From: a virus
Lineage: Duplodnaviria; Caudoviricetes
IMG/VR virus record: IMGVR_UViG_3300017971_000337
Location: 1 to 54,448 of that record
Length of the DNA stretch: 54,448 bases
Direction: 5' to 3' (one strand)
Made by a program: the position numbers and the translations under genes
Shown here: positions 1-8,922 of the stretch, piece by piece
How the letters are laid out: each line of letters opens with the position of its first letter
How positions within the stretch are numbered: position 1 is the stretch's first letter
Notes under the pieces: model-generated
What the model was told of the DNA's origin: nothing
The model's input: only the letters and a program-made list of their open reading frames with translations
Databases searched by the model: none

Positions 1-14
1 AAGAGGTTTGCGGT
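1..14 (+). repeat. Terminal overlap AAGAGGTTTGCGGT, identical to 54435-54448
   Basis: Direct comparison of the two ends; an ORF reads in frame across the join. Confidence 0.9.
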
Positions 15-309
15 TGTCGTCAATGGTAAGAACCATTATGTACCAAAGGGATACAATTTCAAACGGTCAGGACCGGAATTGTGGATGGGAGAAATACCGA
101 CACTCGGGCCGATAACACCCCCAATAATATTTCATGATTGGTGTTACGACAACGAGCTGTACGGCAGAAAGGAATGTGACGACATTATGAATAGCTTTAT
201 GTATATGTTGGACATCCCTGATTTTCAAAGAAGAAGGATCTACTTTGGAGTAAGGACAGGAGGTTACTTTCTATTTAAAGACCATTCCTGGGAATGGTTG
301 AGGAGCTGA
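1..309 (+). CDS. 3' part of a DUF1353-like protein whose gene starts at 54339 and crosses the circular junction
   Basis: Joined translation MYLSSVGTHA...KRFAVVVNGKNHYVPKGYNF...IIFHDWCY...RKECDDI...IYFGVRTGG matches the DUF1353 pattern (VP.G, HD..Y, R..AD, Y..VR.GG). Confidence 0.75.
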   Translation, partial: KRFAVVVNGKNHYVPKGYNFKRSGPELWMGEIPTLGPITPPIIFHDWCYDNELYGRKECDDIMNSFMYMLDIPDFQRRRIYFGVRTGGYFLFKDHSWEWLRS

Positions 310-310
310 T

Positions 311-664
311 ATGTTTATACTTAAGAAAAGAGTTAAGCATTATGTGACAGCGAAAGAAAAGGTTATCAGAGAAAGGCTGGAAAAGAAATATGAAAAACGA
401 GTTGGAAGGTTGAAGAAGAAACACAAAGAAGAATTGGACAAGGTGTATAAGGAAATGGCTAACTACCATAAAGCGTATGAAATGTTCAAGGCTGACAAAG
501 AGTTTTTCAAATTCTTTAGAGAGTCAATGTCTCCACAGATAAAAGCATATATGGAAAAGCTTTCTATAGTTGCCGGACATCTAAACGAAGGCGAATCTCG
601 AACTTTTCTAAGCGACAATAGGGAGGGAAAGATAAAGAACCTTATGTCTTCGGAGTTAGAATAA
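311..664 (+). CDS. Hypothetical protein, basic coiled coil
   Basis: 117-aa ORF with GAGGAG RBS, directly after the previous stop and ending before a terminator hairpin. Confidence 0.7.
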   Translation: MFILKKRVKHYVTAKEKVIRERLEKKYEKRVGRLKKKHKEELDKVYKEMANYHKAYEMFKADKEFFKFFRESMSPQIKAYMEKLSIVAGHLNEGESRTFLSDNREGKIKNLMSSELE

Positions 665-665
665 C

Positions 666-696
666 AAAAAAGGGGAGGGCTTTCAAACCCTCCCCA
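666..696 (-). terminator. Intrinsic terminator between the convergent gene blocks
   Basis: GGGGAGGG/CCCTCCCC stem; the A-run at 666-671 gives a U-tract on the minus strand. Confidence 0.75.
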
Positions 697-724
697 CAAC
701 TCCCGGAGAACCACTCATGAAAAA

Positions 725-910
725 TCACTTAGAGTATTCAATCTCAACAAAGGGCTTCCATTCAATCTGGAAGCCTTCTTTTTCTGTACAGCTCCATCTA
801 ATACTGAGAGCGGTTATCAGTATCAGGCTGTATATAATCAACCTCCTGAACCTTATCTTCGGCTGTTTCCCAAAGAAAAATTCAAGTATCATCATTATCT
901 TATCTTTCAT
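725..910 (-). CDS. Small membrane protein of the lysis module
   Basis: One hydrophobic helix (LIIYSLILITALSI); ATGA overlap with the endolysin stop. Confidence 0.55.
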   Translation of the reverse strand: MKDKIMMILEFFFGKQPKIRFRRLIIYSLILITALSIRWSCTEKEGFQIEWKPFVEIEYSK

Positions 911-1524
911 AACATCTCCGCTATTCGTCTCGCTATTGAACCTTCTTCAAATAAGTAATAAGAATATAAAGTATGCTTATTTGCCTTATATTCGTCAGAA
1001 ATCATTATATATCCCATGTATTGTTGAAATTCCTTTTCGTTTGCGATAACTTGACAACCGGCAGAATTCCTTCCTATGTAAGAGAAGTTATTGTCGAAAG
1101 CCGGATGTAAGTTACAAGCGAACCATCCACGATATATTTTCTTCTTGAACCTGTACTTTTTATCAAGTCTCTTTACGGTCTGTCTCTTCGTTCCGTGTCT
1201 GCCTCTCCAACCGTTTATAAGACCTATACACCTTCTTGCATGAGAACCGACCATCCATATTTTATGCTGTAATCCAGAGCACATAACAGCTGTTCCATTC
1301 GCATTCATAGGTTTCTTTTCAATGTAATAAGGGCTCGGGTCTGTCGTTCCTTTAAATAGATACATTTCATTTTCACAGAGCAGTCCTATTGTATCATTAT
1401 AAACACCTTTCTCGATACCGGAGTAATCCCTTATACCAAAGGGATTGCACTCATTGAACTCGTAACCTTCTTTGTCCAGGAATTCGTACATAGACTGTAT
1501 TTCTTCTTTGCTATCAACAATCAT
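907..1524 (-). CDS. Putative endolysin, L,D-transpeptidase (YkuD)-like cysteine enzyme
   Basis: NLHPA...SAGCQV His/Ser-x-Gly-Cys motif; TTDPS motif; position after a holin-like gene; likely start 1524 behind a GGAGGA RBS (ORF track starts at 1566). Confidence 0.6.
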   Translation of the reverse strand: MIVDSKEEIQSMYEFLDKEGYEFNECNPFGIRDYSGIEKGVYNDTIGLLCENEMYLFKGTTDPSPYYIEKKPMNANGTAVMCSGLQHKIWMVGSHARRCIGLINGWRGRHGTKRQTVKRLDKKYRFKKKIYRGWFACNLHPAFDNNFSYIGRNSAGCQVIANEKEFQQYMGYIMISDEYKANKHTLYSYYLFEEGSIARRIAEML

Positions 1525-1750
1525 CCTTCTTCCTCCTTTCTTTACAACTTTCTTTACAGTTTTCAAATGATGTTTGAAGAGTTGCTACATCCAAACAATT
1601 CTTAGCCACTTTTTTATTAGTCTCCTTAAGGTCTGACCTCAAAGAAGCCAATAGATAATTTCCAAGTGCTAAAAGAATAGCCGAAACAATAGCAATCCAA
1701 AAACTAGAATCATTATGATTTGCACTGTCCACAATTTTACTAACATCCAT
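1514..1750 (-). CDS. Holin-like membrane protein
   Basis: One TM helix followed by a coiled coil and charged C-terminus; AGGAGG RBS; directly upstream of the endolysin. Confidence 0.55.
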   Translation of the reverse strand: MDVSKIVDSANHNDSSFWIAIVSAILLALGNYLLASLRSDLKETNKKVAKNCLDVATLQTSFENCKESCKERRKKDDC

Positions 1751-1758
1751 TCGTCCTC

Positions 1759-4700
1759 CTACAATAAACTATTGAGCCTGACATTACTGCTCGCTGGTAC
1801 AGTTACAACATTGTCTATTCCCAATAACGGAATTGAAATTTGAACTACTGCGCCCTGAACAATATCCCAATAAGCATATCCTGTGGTAGAATTGTATGTA
1901 ACATCAACCGTATCTCCTATATGAGAGTAACTACCTGAGTCATATGGCAGCTCTATTATCTCCGCTGTCCCTTCTAATGTTGAAGGGAGTGTTCCTCCTG
2001 TACTTTGTGGTAGTATCCATTCGTAAACTTGACAATCGTCTGGATTCGCTGGGGTGTTCGGTTGTAAAGCTGTTCCTGTATATGTTTCACTTTCTGTCCC
2101 ATCTACGACCAGGGTCTGGTTAGAGAATGAATAACCGGCTTTTCGCATTTTCACTGTATATGTACCGTCGTCTAAATTAAAGACAGCTTGTCCGCTTGCG
2201 TTGGAAACCTTTCTTGCATAGATAACTGTTCCGGCATTGTCCCAAATCTCAACGAAAGCCTCTACAATATTGTTTGAATCACCGTCTTGTAGTGTTATGG
2301 TCACTTCATTTGAACCATCTATGTTGTCGCTAGTCCAAGCTTCATCCCCTCTATCCCTTATGGCTTCATTGGAATCTGTCGCAGGGTTGAATGTTCCTAC
2401 AGCAGTCGCAAGAGTGTATGCCTTAGACATCAATCCCTTCAGCTTATCAATAATGTCCGTTTGATTAGCGAGTGTTGCATCACTTCCTGCTCCTGTTATC
2501 CAGGCTGAGTCACCTCGGTCCCTAATAGCCTGTAATGAATCTGTTGCCTCATTGAACGCTGACCAGTCTCCACTCGCTGAAGCTAACATCGCGATGATAG
2601 AATTATCAACAGGGTCATCTCCATCGGCTACTGCTACAAGATGGTCAAGCTTTATGTCTGATAGAGCTGTAGTGACTTGAGCCTTGACCTGTGCTAAGGA
2701 ATGTTCATGGGCTGGGTATATTACATATCCAGTTGTCGTATCAGGTGTGACATCCCAATTAATTTCTACTGTCGCTATCTTTGTTGAACCGTCGTAAGCT
2801 GTTATCAGTCTTATCTGGTCTGCGCCAGTACCAGAACGGATAAATACAAGTTGTCCAACATACGCATTATTTGCGGAACTTCCAAGAGCATTCAATGTAA
2901 TCGTATTAGAGCTTCCGCCTTGAGCTAATCCTTCATTTACATGTTCTCGACCGGCATCAGCATAGACAATAAACTCACTTGTTGCATCTGGATTAACTTT
3001 CCAATCACGGTCAACGGTTGCAGTCTTTGTCGCGCCGTCATATTCTAAAATAATTCTTGACTGTCCTGCACCTGTTCCAGAAATAATTGCAATTAAAGAT
3101 GGGTCATAAGCTCCATCTGTTCCACTTGCTCCGGCATCTAGCTGTAATTGATTTGTTCCGGTTCCTGGTCCCTGAGCTGTTCCAGACCAGACAATAGTTC
3201 CTGCCAATTCTCTTAATCTTCGCCCTGCACTTGTTGATATATTATGTGTCGCTCCAGTTAGTATCTCATCCCATACTCCGTCGCTCGTATTTTCTACACT
3301 TGTCGTTTCATCATTAACGGTTGTCCCTGAACTTGTATCAGTCAGGGAAGAACTAACTCCGTAAAGATTAACGGTCGTTGTCGCTGTTCCGGAAATTGTT
3401 ATAGGACCAGTGACTCCAACCATTTGAACTGTTCCTGCTCCGCTTAAGACAAAGGTCGCGGATCTAAAGATTCCACGGAGTTCTACATTTGCTCCAGCTG
3501 TCGTAAAGGTTTGACCTCCTCCCGCTAGACATTCATGCGATACCGTACAATCTGAATCCAAGGTATAGCTCGCCCCACCTGTCCAGGCTCTGTTATTTAT
3601 ACCTGTCGCAGATCCTAGCCCTGAAAAGTCAAGGGTTGGTGTTCCGCTCCCAGGTACAATGGAAAAGCAGTTATGAAATACATATTGACCAGCTGACCCT
3701 CCTGTAAAGGTTCCAGAGTTATCGCCGAAACCGCACATGTGGAATTTTCCATACGGAACAGTGACTGCCCCGAACATACATTTCTCCCAGGATACAGACG
3801 CTCCTACACTTGTTCCTATCCCGGTAACATCCGCTCCATGGAAATGACAATCTCCGATATCTTGTCCGTTAAGGATTAAAGACCAGTCCTCTCCATGAAA
3901 TATGTAATTATTAAAGGTAGATGCAAGGGTTACAGAACTCTTTGGAGCGACCGTAACCCTCTTTAATCCGGTGCTAGCCGACAATGTAACAATCGCCGCA
4001 ATTGTTGATACAGGGTTATCTGCTGTTCCATCTACTCCAGGAACAGTATTGGTGTTAGAGACATTCGTGTCCAACCACAAAGAACCATTATCGTACCCAG
4101 AATTTCCAGAAGCAAAAGATAAGAATATCTGGTCTATGGCAAGAGTCGCAGATGTTAGAGTATAGGCTCCATCTGTAAAGCGAACACGAACCTTTCCCTT
4201 ATCAGCTCCTGTTCCAACCATATTAACAAACAGATTAAAGCTGAATACTGTATTAGAAGAAGCAACTTGTCCGTTTATCGTACCTATTTGAACCCAGCTT
4301 GTCGCAACCCAATCATATCCATAAACTTCTAGGTCATCATTTATACCGTTTAGATAACCGGTCATTACGCATGAGATAGGTATTCCGGAGCCGACATTGA
4401 ACTCATAGTACAAATCCATTTCTCCGCCGACATCAGTGTGCTCATGGTTCGTTCCATCCAAAGCTTCAGTGTCAGATACAGTTCCAGAAGATTGTGTTCC
4501 GGTCGTTAAGTTATAACTATCAGCAGGACGATTAGTCGCTGCTCCAACATTTGCTATGCTTGAAATCTGGTCTTCTATATCATCAAGGGTGTCTTCCGGG
4601 TCACGGTAGATTCCAGAAGGAACAACATATCTATCGCTCAATGTCGCGCCTCCATCGGCCACTGCAACATACTCTTCAGTGTTATCATAAGACCCTGAGA

Positions 4701-4851
4701 AATCATACTTATACACTCCCGAGGAACCTATCTCAGTCATTGCCGCTCCTGTGACAACCTGTACGCTATCACTAATTCGATAAATATCTATGGTCGGGCT
4801 CAGCCCAGTCACAAGTGCGTTGTTTTGTTTAAATCCTACAACGAAATACAT
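1759..4851 (-). CDS. Large tail fibre/minor virion protein with internal repeats
   Basis: 1030 aa, G/T/S/D-rich; beta-helix-like middle; two tandem ~85-aa repeats (SGTGA.Q.R.I..YDG.TK.ATV...W...PD.T); Ig-like C-terminus; last gene of the tail module. Confidence 0.7.
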   Translation of the reverse strand: MYFVVGFKQNNALVTGLSPTIDIYRISDSVQVVTGAAMTEIGSSGVYKYDFSGSYDNTEEYVAVADGGATLSDRYVVPSGIYRDPEDTLDDIEDQISSIANVGAATNRPADSYNLTTGTQSSGTVSDTEALDGTNHEHTDVGGEMDLYYEFNVGSGIPISCVMTGYLNGINDDLEVYGYDWVATSWVQIGTINGQVASSNTVFSFNLFVNMVGTGADKGKVRVRFTDGAYTLTSATLAIDQIFLSFASGNSGYDNGSLWLDTNVSNTNTVPGVDGTADNPVSTIAAIVTLSASTGLKRVTVAPKSSVTLASTFNNYIFHGEDWSLILNGQDIGDCHFHGADVTGIGTSVGASVSWEKCMFGAVTVPYGKFHMCGFGDNSGTFTGGSAGQYVFHNCFSIVPGSGTPTLDFSGLGSATGINNRAWTGGASYTLDSDCTVSHECLAGGGQTFTTAGANVELRGIFRSATFVLSGAGTVQMVGVTGPITISGTATTTVNLYGVSSSLTDTSSGTTVNDETTSVENTSDGVWDEILTGATHNISTSAGRRLRELAGTIVWSGTAQGPGTGTNQLQLDAGASGTDGAYDPSLIAIISGTGAGQSRIILEYDGATKTATVDRDWKVNPDATSEFIVYADAGREHVNEGLAQGGSSNTITLNALGSSANNAYVGQLVFIRSGTGADQIRLITAYDGSTKIATVEINWDVTPDTTTGYVIYPAHEHSLAQVKAQVTTALSDIKLDHLVAVADGDDPVDNSIIAMLASASGDWSAFNEATDSLQAIRDRGDSAWITGAGSDATLANQTDIIDKLKGLMSKAYTLATAVGTFNPATDSNEAIRDRGDEAWTSDNIDGSNEVTITLQDGDSNNIVEAFVEIWDNAGTVIYARKVSNASGQAVFNLDDGTYTVKMRKAGYSFSNQTLVVDGTESETYTGTALQPNTPANPDDCQVYEWILPQSTGGTLPSTLEGTAEIIELPYDSGSYSHIGDTVDVTYNSTTGYAYWDIVQGAVVQISIPLLGIDNVVTVPASSNVRLNSLL

Positions 4852-4867
4852 GATATACCTCCAGTAA

Positions 4868-6199
4868 TCACCCCGTATAAGTTAATTTAAAAGTTAAAGT
4901 TTCTCCCATATAATTTGTTAATGTAACATTATTAGAATCATCAATTTCTATTTGACAATGCATTGCCCTCATCACAAAAAAGTATGGTTTATCATCTGCT
5001 AAATTTCTATATGTTATAAAGAAACACCCACCACTCGCTCCAGTAACACAACCGTATCCATCGAAGTCTCCGGCTGGCATCCCCAAAGTAAAGTTCCCTC
5101 CACCTTTTATCGGTTGCCCTTTTCCATACAGTATTCCGGTCGCACTCCATCCCGCAATATCTTGGAAAGTTAAGGCATGATTAAGGTCATTCCACGCCAT
5201 ACATCTAACTGTTCTATCGCCGACTCCACCATCTATTGACGACCTTCCACAATCATAAATAGAACTACCAGATATCTTATAATAGAAAATCACTAAGTCT
5301 CCTCCGCCTGACGCTCCTACAAAGACAAAACTATCAGAGTTAATCGGCAACATAGAGTACTTCGTACCAGCAGCCTGACTCGCTTCAATGCTGGTATCGC
5401 TAACTCCAGCAGACAACGACGACTTATTTGAAGCATCGTATGTCCTTACTTTAAAGGTTGATACATCATTATATCCAATGACTAAAGTCTCATCCTCAAG
5501 TATCGTACAACAAAGACCGGCAACAGTCGCGGCATTATTTGCCTCAGCCCAAGATTGTGATGAAAGGTTGGAATCAAAAACCTCATAATATAAATCCTGT
5601 GATGTTCCTTCATAAACTAAAATAAATCCTGAGTTGTCTGGATAAACTGCTATATCTAGTTCATCGCAAGCTGTATTGCCAGAGGTTGGAGTTGATGGTC
5701 CATGCTGTGATACACCGGCATTGGAGAATATTTCAATAGCAATAACACCTCCATCTTCCCAGGCAACAACAAACTCATCACCCATTGCTCTAACTGTCAT
5801 ATTACTTAAGTCTGTTCCTCCAGATGCAATAGTTGTCTCGGAGACTGCGGCTGTCCAATCACTCTGTTGATAGATTGTAAAAAACAAACTTGTCGATACA
5901 GAATAAACTACACAAATATTTCCATTACTCAATTCACAACAACATAATTTGTCTTCTCCATTAGCTCCTGTACTACCAAGAGCGGAATCTTTAATTATTG
6001 TAGGAATTTTTTCAACTATATAATCAGAAGAAATTGTTGGAGCATTTTTCACAAAACTATTTTCAATAGTTTGTGCTAAAATTCCTGGGGTAGAATTACT
6101 TTGTGCATGATTAAAAGACAAAGTCGATTTATTAGCAACAGACCCAGAAGTTTCAATAAAACTGACTTGTTCTCTGGTCTTAGCATATCCATGACTCAT
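4868..6199 (-). CDS. Putative tail receptor-binding protein, beta-propeller-like; paralogue of 6210-7640
   Basis: Shares N-terminal (SGSV...H....STP.I.AQ.IEN) and C-terminal (IEI.D.NNV) segments and CELSNGNI with its neighbour; start 6199 has a GGAGG RBS. Confidence 0.6.
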   Translation of the reverse strand: MSHGYAKTREQVSFIETSGSVANKSTLSFNHAQSNSTPGILAQTIENSFVKNAPTISSDYIVEKIPTIIKDSALGSTGANGEDKLCCCELSNGNICVVYSVSTSLFFTIYQQSDWTAAVSETTIASGGTDLSNMTVRAMGDEFVVAWEDGGVIAIEIFSNAGVSQHGPSTPTSGNTACDELDIAVYPDNSGFILVYEGTSQDLYYEVFDSNLSSQSWAEANNAATVAGLCCTILEDETLVIGYNDVSTFKVRTYDASNKSSLSAGVSDTSIEASQAAGTKYSMLPINSDSFVFVGASGGGDLVIFYYKISGSSIYDCGRSSIDGGVGDRTVRCMAWNDLNHALTFQDIAGWSATGILYGKGQPIKGGGNFTLGMPAGDFDGYGCVTGASGGCFFITYRNLADDKPYFFVMRAMHCQIEIDDSNNVTLTNYMGETLTFKLTYTG

Positions 6200-6209
6200 T
6201 ATTTTCCTC

Positions 6210-7640
6210 CTATACTCCAACCACTGTGGCTTTTATAGTTCTAGTTTTGTTTGACCAGTTCCAAACCTTTACATTATTTGCATCAATAATTTCTATAACA
6301 AAATGTTCTTTTCTTATTAACGAATAATATAATTTATTACTATCAGAAGTATTTCTGCCTATTAAAGCAAAACCTCCTGTTATTGGAATCGCTCGACCAT
6401 ATTCATAAGCAACACCTCCAATAGAATAATCTCCGTTATTATAATAAAAACCATTCTTATCAAATAAATTTATCATCGGAACATTTGTTGGGTCTGGTCT
6501 TCCAGCTGATGCAGTAGTACAAACAATTAAAGAATCTCCATAACTATTTATACAACCTCCCCAATAAGGAAAACCATTTGCCTCTGTTGTCATTGTAGTT
6601 GAAATTTGAACTATAGTTCTATTTGCTCCAGTTCCTTGTAATTCCATTTGATGAATAGCAAGTTGGTCTTGTGGGTCAGTATAACATAACCAAGTAAATC
6701 TATTATTATCATCTGGATTAACTCCCATCCAAACATGAAATATATAATATTCTAGCCATGTTGGACTAAAATAACTTCCGCCAGAATAAGCATCAGTTGG
6801 AGTTGCAGGAGTTGAACAATCATAAACATAAAATCTTGGAACTGCTGAAGTGTCTTCTGCATAACCAACTACTAAAAGTTCTTCATCTGTAACATATCCA
6901 AAATTATTTGCACAACCCCATGTTCCAGTCGGACAAATTATACTTGATACAGCTGAACCTGAAGTTGAGTCATATATTCTAAAACAACCATTGTCAGCAT
7001 TAACATCTGCTGAATTTCCGCAAAAAATAAAAGCAAAATGGTCTTGGTCAGGAAACAATGCTAAAGAACAATATCCATCTGCATGTGCATAATTTCCTGA
7101 GGCAACTGTAACTGTAGAAACTGCAGTTGTTCCATCATTATTAAGTATAATAAATTTATAAGCATCTCCATCTATATCATAATATCCAACAATAAAAGTT
7201 TCATCTTCTGGGACAGAAATCATTTGAATAAATTTAACTGCATTAGTTTGAATTGCAGTTTCAGACTTTATTTCTACATCAGTAAAAGGATTTATAATTT
7301 TTATATATAAATCATTATCTGCATCTAATCTATAAGCGAATGCTATATTTCCATTTGATAATTCACAAGCACAAGCCATATCCCAAATATAAGCATGAGA
7401 ACCTGCTTCAACTCCTCCACTACTAACTGAAGTAAAAATTTTTTCTTGTTTAAAATCTCTACTTTCATTTCTATCTAAACATTTATAAACAATATCATTT
7501 TCAATATATTGTGCCATTATTAAAGGAGTAGAATGACTTCTGTTATGTTCATAGTCTAAAGAACTTCCATGGTCAACACTTCCAGAAACCGCATTTTTAA
7601 TATATTCTTTTTCTACTCCACCTGTTAATCCTTGAGCCAT
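6210..7640 (-). CDS. Putative tail receptor-binding protein, beta-propeller-like
   Basis: 476 aa of beta-rich repeats; GGAGG RBS; tail module; AT-rich. Confidence 0.6.
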   Translation of the reverse strand: MAQGLTGGVEKEYIKNAVSGSVDHGSSLDYEHNRSHSTPLIMAQYIENDIVYKCLDRNESRDFKQEKIFTSVSSGGVEAGSHAYIWDMACACELSNGNIAFAYRLDADNDLYIKIINPFTDVEIKSETAIQTNAVKFIQMISVPEDETFIVGYYDIDGDAYKFIILNNDGTTAVSTVTVASGNYAHADGYCSLALFPDQDHFAFIFCGNSADVNADNGCFRIYDSTSGSAVSSIICPTGTWGCANNFGYVTDEELLVVGYAEDTSAVPRFYVYDCSTPATPTDAYSGGSYFSPTWLEYYIFHVWMGVNPDDNNRFTWLCYTDPQDQLAIHQMELQGTGANRTIVQISTTMTTEANGFPYWGGCINSYGDSLIVCTTASAGRPDPTNVPMINLFDKNGFYYNNGDYSIGGVAYEYGRAIPITGGFALIGRNTSDSNKLYYSLIRKEHFVIEIIDANNVKVWNWSNKTRTIKATVVGV

Positions 7641-7649
7641 AATATCCTC

Positions 7650-7982
7650 CTATGAATGCTCACTTCCAAAAGCTGAAAAAACAACATCAGCATGATTTGC
7701 CCTAACTAAAATAGAATGTGTTGCTTCCATAACTAATCCTGCTGTCACAATAAAAGTATCATTAGCCGGGATAGGTAAATCATAATAAATATAATCATCA
7801 TTACTAACTGTTCCAATTGCTCCAGGAACAAGAGCTACTCGGAAAAGTCTTTCTGAAGTCCCAATATTACAAACTACAATACTGGAAATAATAGTTTCTG
7901 TATCTGCTCCTACTGTATAAAGTGAAGTATCAGTATCAGCCACGACTACTGTGCTTCCAAGTCTTTTATAGTTTATTGACAT
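7650..7982 (-). CDS. Small virion/tail protein
   Basis: 110-aa beta-rich ORF (LYTV...T.ISSIVVCN...FG.E) of a type common beside tail fibres. Confidence 0.6.
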   Translation of the reverse strand: MSINYKRLGSTVVVADTDTSLYTVGADTETIISSIVVCNIGTSERLFRVALVPGAIGTVSNDDYIYYDLPIPANDTFIVTAGLVMEATHSILVRANHADVVFSAFGSEHS

Positions 7983-7983
7983 A

Positions 7984-8913
7984 CTATGCCCCCATTAATA
8001 AAAATATATCTACCCCACTTGGAGTAGCTGCTAGCTCATCAATCGCACTTTGTTCATCCGTTGCCGATAATCCGCTTGTTCTATTATCATACCGGTCTCC
8101 ATAGTTATTCCAAGTTCCTGCGGAGTAATTTATTGTTCCAGAACACCCATAAGAATTTAGTGTACCTCCATTGACTGTTAAGTTCCCTCCAAGAGTACAG
8201 TTCCTGGCAGTTAAAGTCATTCCGGCTGTAAGAGTTATCGGTCCTCCAAAGGTTACATCTTTACAGGTATAAGTCCCACTCCCGAAGACATTCACACTAA
8301 ATGATGTATTGTTAAAGTCCCCTCCGTTCAAGTTTATACTTACAAGAACTCCACTGAATTCTGAACCATAAATATTTGAAGAAGCAGGTAAAGATAAAGT
8401 AGTTCCAAGACCAAAATATGTGGCATTGAATGTCCATAAATCATTCAAAGAGGATAAATCTAATGTCCCCCTCATAATTCCATTCAATATCGCTATGTCT
8501 CCATCTGATGGAGTCCCGCCTCCAAGAATACATTTCCATAAGACTAGTGCCTGACTAGAACCCATCGTTAAATTGGTTATATAGCAATTTTCAACGATAT
8601 ATTCATACACATCAGCGACCCAGGCTCCTTCAGAAGTTATCTGTCCTGTCAGACGGGTTCCAGAATTGTGACCGACTATTCTTATATAGGACGGAACAGC
8701 AATGTTATCAGAATAAGTTCCTGCTGGCATATAGATAGCCCATGGATTTGTGCTCCCTGGACTTTGTGTCTTAGCATAAGTTATTGCGTTCGCTACAGAA
8801 GAATATCTTTTACCTGTTATCTCAGGCAAACTTGTATTCACAAGCAAAACATTTTCAACTTCCCAAGAGGAACTGGCCTCCTGGTTCATTGCTATTTGTG
8901 CTCCTGTATTCAT
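7984..8913 (-). CDS. Tail-associated beta-helix (pectin-lyase-like) protein
   Basis: YSSVANAI...IYMPAGTY.DNI N-terminal motif followed by Gly/Asn/Thr coils; AGGAGG RBS. Confidence 0.6.
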   Translation of the reverse strand: MNTGAQIAMNQEASSSWEVENVLLVNTSLPEITGKRYSSVANAITYAKTQSPGSTNPWAIYMPAGTYSDNIAVPSYIRIVGHNSGTRLTGQITSEGAWVADVYEYIVENCYITNLTMGSSQALVLWKCILGGGTPSDGDIAILNGIMRGTLDLSSLNDLWTFNATYFGLGTTLSLPASSNIYGSEFSGVLVSINLNGGDFNNTSFSVNVFGSGTYTCKDVTFGGPITLTAGMTLTARNCTLGGNLTVNGGTLNSYGCSGTINYSAGTWNNYGDRYDNRTSGLSATDEQSAIDELAATPSGVDIFLLMGA

Positions 8914-8922
8914 TTCTTCCTC

